A DNA stretch of 64,000 nucleotides from Bdellovibrionales bacterium (GTDB taxonomy: Bacteria > Bdellovibrionota > Bdellovibrionia > Bdellovibrionales > JAUICD01): NCBI GenBank assembly GCA_965262715.1, contig OZ253553.1:288001-352000 (forward strand), read 5' to 3'. Shown piece after piece: positions 59,941-64,000 of this stretch. The notes below the pieces were generated by a model, which worked only from the letters and a program-made list of their open reading frames with translations, was not told the DNA's origin and did not search any database. The first letter of the stretch is position 1, and the number at the start of each line of letters is the position of its first letter. Both the position numbers and the translations under genes were made by a program.

Positions 59941-60130
59941 TGTTTTTTTAGAAAAAACAAGGAAAAAATCTTTAGAAGCTTTGGTTTGATGCATAAGTTA
60001 AGTCCTCGAGCTATCGCTTGGATAGCGATAGCTCTGCGGAAGACCTCGTCCTTTAACTTATACATCAAACTTTATTTGCCATGAAAAGATTTAGTGTGAT
60101 TTGTAAGAAGAAGAGATAGTAGTAGGAGGA
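59941..60130 (+). repeat. Structured element B, copy 4
   Basis: GAGCTATCGCT/AGCGATAGCTC apical stem between GTCCTC and TGCGGAAGA. Confidence 0.88.
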
Positions 60131-60276
60131 TTTCCTTAACATCATGTTAAAAACCGAAGAGAGTCTCCCTACTAAAATGCCTCCTACTTTCTAGGCAGTT
60201 AGCTACCTGCTGAAGGCGTGAGCCTTCAGGCTAACTGCCAGAAAGTCGCCAGAGGCGAGAGGCATTTTAGTGAAAC
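60131..60276 (+). repeat. Structured element A, copy 11
   Basis: GGCAGTTAGC/GCTAACTGCC, TGAAGGC-GTGA-GCCTTCA and TCGCC-AGA-GGCGA stems. Confidence 0.92.
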
Positions 60277-60338
60277 ATTTTTAGTGAAATAATTTTAGTA
60301 TTTGTGTCATAACACTTTTATTTGCTAGAAGTAGATAT

Positions 60339-61280
60339 ATGGGAACTATATTGTTAAAAACTTTCTTTGCTGGAGGGTTGATTTATTGGCTTATGCAGAG
60401 AGGTAGCTTGGATCTGTCTATTATTTGGCATCTAGCACACCCTCTTCAATTGGCATTACTTTTGGGACTCTACTTTTGTCTTTTACTTAATAATAATTTG
60501 AGATGGTGTCTGTTTTTAAGAGCTTTTGAGATAAATACAACTTTTAAGGAAACTCTTAAACTGACTTTCATGGGACTCTTTTTTAATTTTGCAATAGTTG
60601 GAGGAGTTGGAGGTGATTTAGTGAAGGGGTATTACCTCATTAAGGATAATAAGGATAAAAAACTACAGGCTGCCATGAGTATTTTTTTCGATAGATTTGC
60701 AGGACTTTATACAATGCTTATTATAAGTTTGGCCACTCTTCTTTTAAATTTCAATAGCATTTCAGGCCATGCTCATTTAGTGGGGTTATTGCTTTTTGTG
60801 ACTGTCTTATTTTTAGGCACTTCAGTATTTTTAATGATGTTATTTACTCCTTGGTTTTATAGGATGTATCGTCGGTTTTTACATAAATTGCCATGGGATA
60901 TTTGGAATACAAATAAAAAGTGGAAGTCTTTCAAATTCTCTTATTTTATAAAAGCTATAGGATTCAGTTTTCTTTCTTTAGCTATTTGTATTGTTTTTTT
61001 TATAGTATCAGGAATTTTAATGGGTTTTGAAGTGCCTTTTTGGATTTATGTGTATGCTGTTCCTTTGGGGTTTGTGTTTATGGCCATTCCTATCTCTCCT
61101 GGTGGAATTGGTGTAGGACAAGTAGCTACTCTTGCCCTTTTTTCATGGGGATTAGGTCAGGAAACACAAGTAGGTCCAGCTACGGTATCAGCTTTTCAAA
61201 TCATAGGGATTTTGTGGGGGCTTTTAGGTGCTTTCTTTTATATCCGAATAAGAGATAAGATGAAAAGGGGTAATATATGA
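60339..61280 (+). CDS. Lysylphosphatidylglycerol synthase TM / flippase-like membrane protein
   Basis: RW, GLFFN..GGD.VK, DR and IPISPGGIG motifs. Confidence 0.85.
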   Translation: MGTILLKTFFAGGLIYWLMQRGSLDLSIIWHLAHPLQLALLLGLYFCLLLNNNLRWCLFLRAFEINTTFKETLKLTFMGLFFNFAIVGGVGGDLVKGYYLIKDNKDKKLQAAMSIFFDRFAGLYTMLIISLATLLLNFNSISGHAHLVGLLLFVTVLFLGTSVFLMMLFTPWFYRMYRRFLHKLPWDIWNTNKKWKSFKFSYFIKAIGFSFLSLAICIVFFIVSGILMGFEVPFWIYVYAVPLGFVFMAIPISPGGIGVGQVATLALFSWGLGQETQVGPATVSAFQIIGILWGLLGAFFYIRIRDKMKRGNI

Positions 61281-62776
61281 TTATTGATAAAAAAAATAAA
61301 ATTTTAGTGAGTAGTTTAAGGAAATTCATTAGTATTAAAGCCACTCGCAATATCAAAAATGTTCTTCAAAAGACTCATTCTGCAGATATTGCAGAAATGC
61401 TCAATGATTTAGATAGAGAAGAGCAAAATATCATTTTTAATTTATTAGCATCAGATCAAATCAAGTCAGAAGTCTTAAGTCGATTAGATGAATCTCTACA
61501 AAAAGTTTTTGTCGATGAAATCCCTAAAAAATCATTAATTAAGATCATCTCTTGTATGGATGTAGATGATCGTACAGATCTTTTGGGTCATTTGGATACA
61601 GAGGTATCTACAGTGATTTTGTCATCTATGGAGCAGAAAGAAAAAGAAGAAGCAGAAGACCTCTTACAATATCCAAAGGATAGTGCAGGTGGTTTGATGA
61701 CCACAGAAATTTTAAAACTCAGTGAAAGCCTGACGGTCAAAGAGGCTATTGAGTCTCTTCAAAAGGACGTAGAGGATGCAGAGGCTACTTTTTATGTCTA
61801 TATAGTGGATGAAAATAATCGGTTAGTGGGTGTTTTGAGTTTAAAGCAGCTACTTTTATCAAAACAAACAGATAAGCTTAAAGATCTTATGACAAAAGAA
61901 ATCATTGAAGTTTCAGTCACTACAGATGGTCAGGATGTGGCTAGGTTAGTAGAGAGATATGACTTTTTATCTTTACCTGTTGTTGATGAGAATTTTGTCT
62001 TATTAGGTGCTATTACAGTGGATGACGTTATTGATGTCATTAGGGAAGAAGCTAAGGAAGAATTGCTAGCTATGGGACAAACAGATATCTTAGGCGGTAA
62101 AGGGTACTTATGGCTGGCTATAGCCTTTGTTGTAGGCATTTCTTTTTCTTTTTGGATATTAAATATCACAGATCAATCTTTTGCTAATATTTTTGGTGGT
62201 ACATCATTTGAATCTTTTGTTTCTGATGTGGTGCCTGCACCTGGTTCTGCAGGATCTTTGGAGACCTCATTTGTTCAAAGCTCTGGGTATTTCAATAGTT
62301 TATTGAAGGAGTTGACTGAAAAAATACCTGTTTATGTGAAGGAGAAGATAGCTCAGTTAGAAATGCTGATTTTTGCTATACCTCTTTTGCTCATTATGGG
62401 GATGACTTTAAGCAATCAAATTGTTACTTTAACTGTGCATGATTTAAGAGAAGGACGATTTGATTCAAAAGGACTCTTCTTTTACCTTTTGAATAAAATG
62501 AGGATTGGAATGGTGGTATCCATTGTAGCTTCTGTATTGATTGTTATTCTTTTTTATATTTTACAAATGGCCAGTGTTCGTCATATTGCTATTGTGGCAG
62601 GAAGTTTATCTATACAGCTTTTATTATCTTCTACGCTAGGAGTTTTAATCCCTTGGTTAATTCGCCGGCTTCAGCTGGATCCTGCTGTTGGAAGTTTATC
62701 AATTACAACATCAGTAAGTCAGATACTTACTCTTGTATTTGTTTCACTTATATTTTTAAAGTGGGCAATAGTATGA
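61277..62776 (+). CDS. mgtE: MgtE-family transporter (divergent TM domain)
   Basis: MgtE_N plus two CBS domains (SAGGLMT, ITVDDVID) and DPA motif. Confidence 0.85.
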   Translation: MIIDKKNKILVSSLRKFISIKATRNIKNVLQKTHSADIAEMLNDLDREEQNIIFNLLASDQIKSEVLSRLDESLQKVFVDEIPKKSLIKIISCMDVDDRTDLLGHLDTEVSTVILSSMEQKEKEEAEDLLQYPKDSAGGLMTTEILKLSESLTVKEAIESLQKDVEDAEATFYVYIVDENNRLVGVLSLKQLLLSKQTDKLKDLMTKEIIEVSVTTDGQDVARLVERYDFLSLPVVDENFVLLGAITVDDVIDVIREEAKEELLAMGQTDILGGKGYLWLAIAFVVGISFSFWILNITDQSFANIFGGTSFESFVSDVVPAPGSAGSLETSFVQSSGYFNSLLKELTEKIPVYVKEKIAQLEMLIFAIPLLLIMGMTLSNQIVTLTVHDLREGRFDSKGLFFYLLNKMRIGMVVSIVASVLIVILFYILQMASVRHIAIVAGSLSIQLLLSSTLGVLIPWLIRRLQLDPAVGSLSITTSVSQILTLVFVSLIFLKWAIV

Positions 62777-63417
62777 GAACAGAACGTCTCTTTATTTTAA
62801 AAGTGATCAAGTATGGTGAAGCTGATTTAATTGTTTTTGGATTAAACTCTATGGGAGCTAAGATTCCTCTTTTTGCAAAATCAGCTTTAAAAAGTCGAAA
62901 ACGTTTTGGCGGTGGCGTATTAGAGTCCACACACTATATTGAGGCCACTTATAATGATACATCTAGAAGTTTTCGTGGGCCATTAGAAACGGAATATGGC
63001 AGAAACCATTTTGTAAATCACAATCATAGCTTTTGTTTTTTAAGGGAAGCAACACTTGTGTATGATTTTCATAAGATTCGCTCAGATTATGATCGATTGC
63101 AGTTAGGGTTTTATATGTTGAAATTGGTTAATCACTTTTGTCAAGAAGGCTTGCCAGATAATGGACAGGTTTTTCACTTATTAGGCAACTCTTTGAGGGC
63201 TTTAGAGACCTCAAAAAAATTACATGAACTTCAAATGGCTTTTGAGCTGCGCCTACTAAAAATGCAAGGTATTTTAGACGAGGATCATTCGATGAAAAGA
63301 GTTTTAGGTGGTTCCATTTCAGAGCATGAACAATTAAATATAAATCCTTTAATCGCATCTTCTTTAAAAGAATCTATAAAAAACCACTTTGGAGATATAT
63401 CCTTTAAGATATTGTAG
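62773..63417 (+). CDS. recO: DNA repair protein RecO
   Basis: YGEADLIV, AKSALKSRKRFGG, FELRLL; ATG overlaps the mgtE stop. Confidence 0.82.
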   Translation: MRTERLFILKVIKYGEADLIVFGLNSMGAKIPLFAKSALKSRKRFGGGVLESTHYIEATYNDTSRSFRGPLETEYGRNHFVNHNHSFCFLREATLVYDFHKIRSDYDRLQLGFYMLKLVNHFCQEGLPDNGQVFHLLGNSLRALETSKKLHELQMAFELRLLKMQGILDEDHSMKRVLGGSISEHEQLNINPLIASSLKESIKNHFGDISFKIL

Positions 63418-63496
63418 TTAGATAAAGTTATGAATCACTGGCAATGCTTATCAAAATTACATGGTACAGCTATAATAGAATAAGGGGTTTATAATT

Positions 63497-64000
63497 ATGA
63501 AAATTCATCACTTAAGAAATGCTACACTTATTATGGAAATTAAAGATAAGTTTGTTTTAGTTGATCCTATGCTAGGAGCAAAAGGATCTTTGCCACCTTT
63601 TTCTTACTTTCGTTTCAAAAAACAAGACAACCCAACTGTTGAACTTCCGCCAAATAGCCTAGAACTTTTAAACAAAGTCACAGACTGTCTGATAACTCAT
63701 ACTCACTCATTTGACTTCAAATTATTTCAACATACTGATCATTTAGATACTTCTGGAGAAAACTTTCTTAAAAGTAGAAATATTCCTGTTGTTTGTGGCA
63801 GACATGATGAAAAATACCTTAAAAAATTAGGCATTCCTATCAATAAAGTCTTAAACAACTGGAAGTTTTCAGAAATCTTTGGAGGCAAGGGCTGTAGCAT
63901 CCCTACTCAACATGGTCATGGTTGGATCCATAAATTTATGGGATGTGGATCTGGATTTTATTTAGAATTACCAAACGAACCTTCACTCTATATATTAGGA
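63497..64000 (+). CDS. MBL-fold metallo-hydrolase (3' end outside window)
   Basis: MKIHHLRNAT..LVDPML, NPTVELP, LITH...HTDHLD. Confidence 0.8.
   Translation, partial: MKIHHLRNATLIMEIKDKFVLVDPMLGAKGSLPPFSYFRFKKQDNPTVELPPNSLELLNKVTDCLITHTHSFDFKLFQHTDHLDTSGENFLKSRNIPVVCGRHDEKYLKKLGIPINKVLNNWKFSEIFGGKGCSIPTQHGHGWIHKFMGCGSGFYLELPNEPSLYILG

Overview
Low-GC bacterial chromosome window. Gene content suggests Bdellovibrionota and possibly a host-associated lineage; this is inferred from gene content and ankyrin/Cys-rich lipoproteins, not verified. Housekeeping genes (holA, nfuA, mutY, tnaA, pepA, nusA-infB-truB-rpsO-pnp, sufB, folD-gcvT, tRNA-Asn, sufE, trmH-like, mgtE, recO) alternate with accessory DNA. 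The accessory DNA includes an IS1634 with a 50-bp target duplication at the start of a ~1800-aa Cys-rich type IV pilin-like gene, a toxin-antitoxin/lipoprotein region (HigBA, Rpn with an internal start, RelE broken by an IS903-type MITE), a low-GC three-gene operon ending in an ART-like gene, and several pseudogenes. The most striking signal is an abundant family of modular non-coding elements: about 11 'A' copies, 4 'B' and 2 'C'. Their sequences diverge while nested stems are kept by compensatory changes. They chain into arrays, one directly after tRNA-Asn, and twice adjoin a four-helix-bundle (23S-IVP/Avd-like) gene. In the intact copy of that gene the RBS is predicted to be locked in a hairpin.
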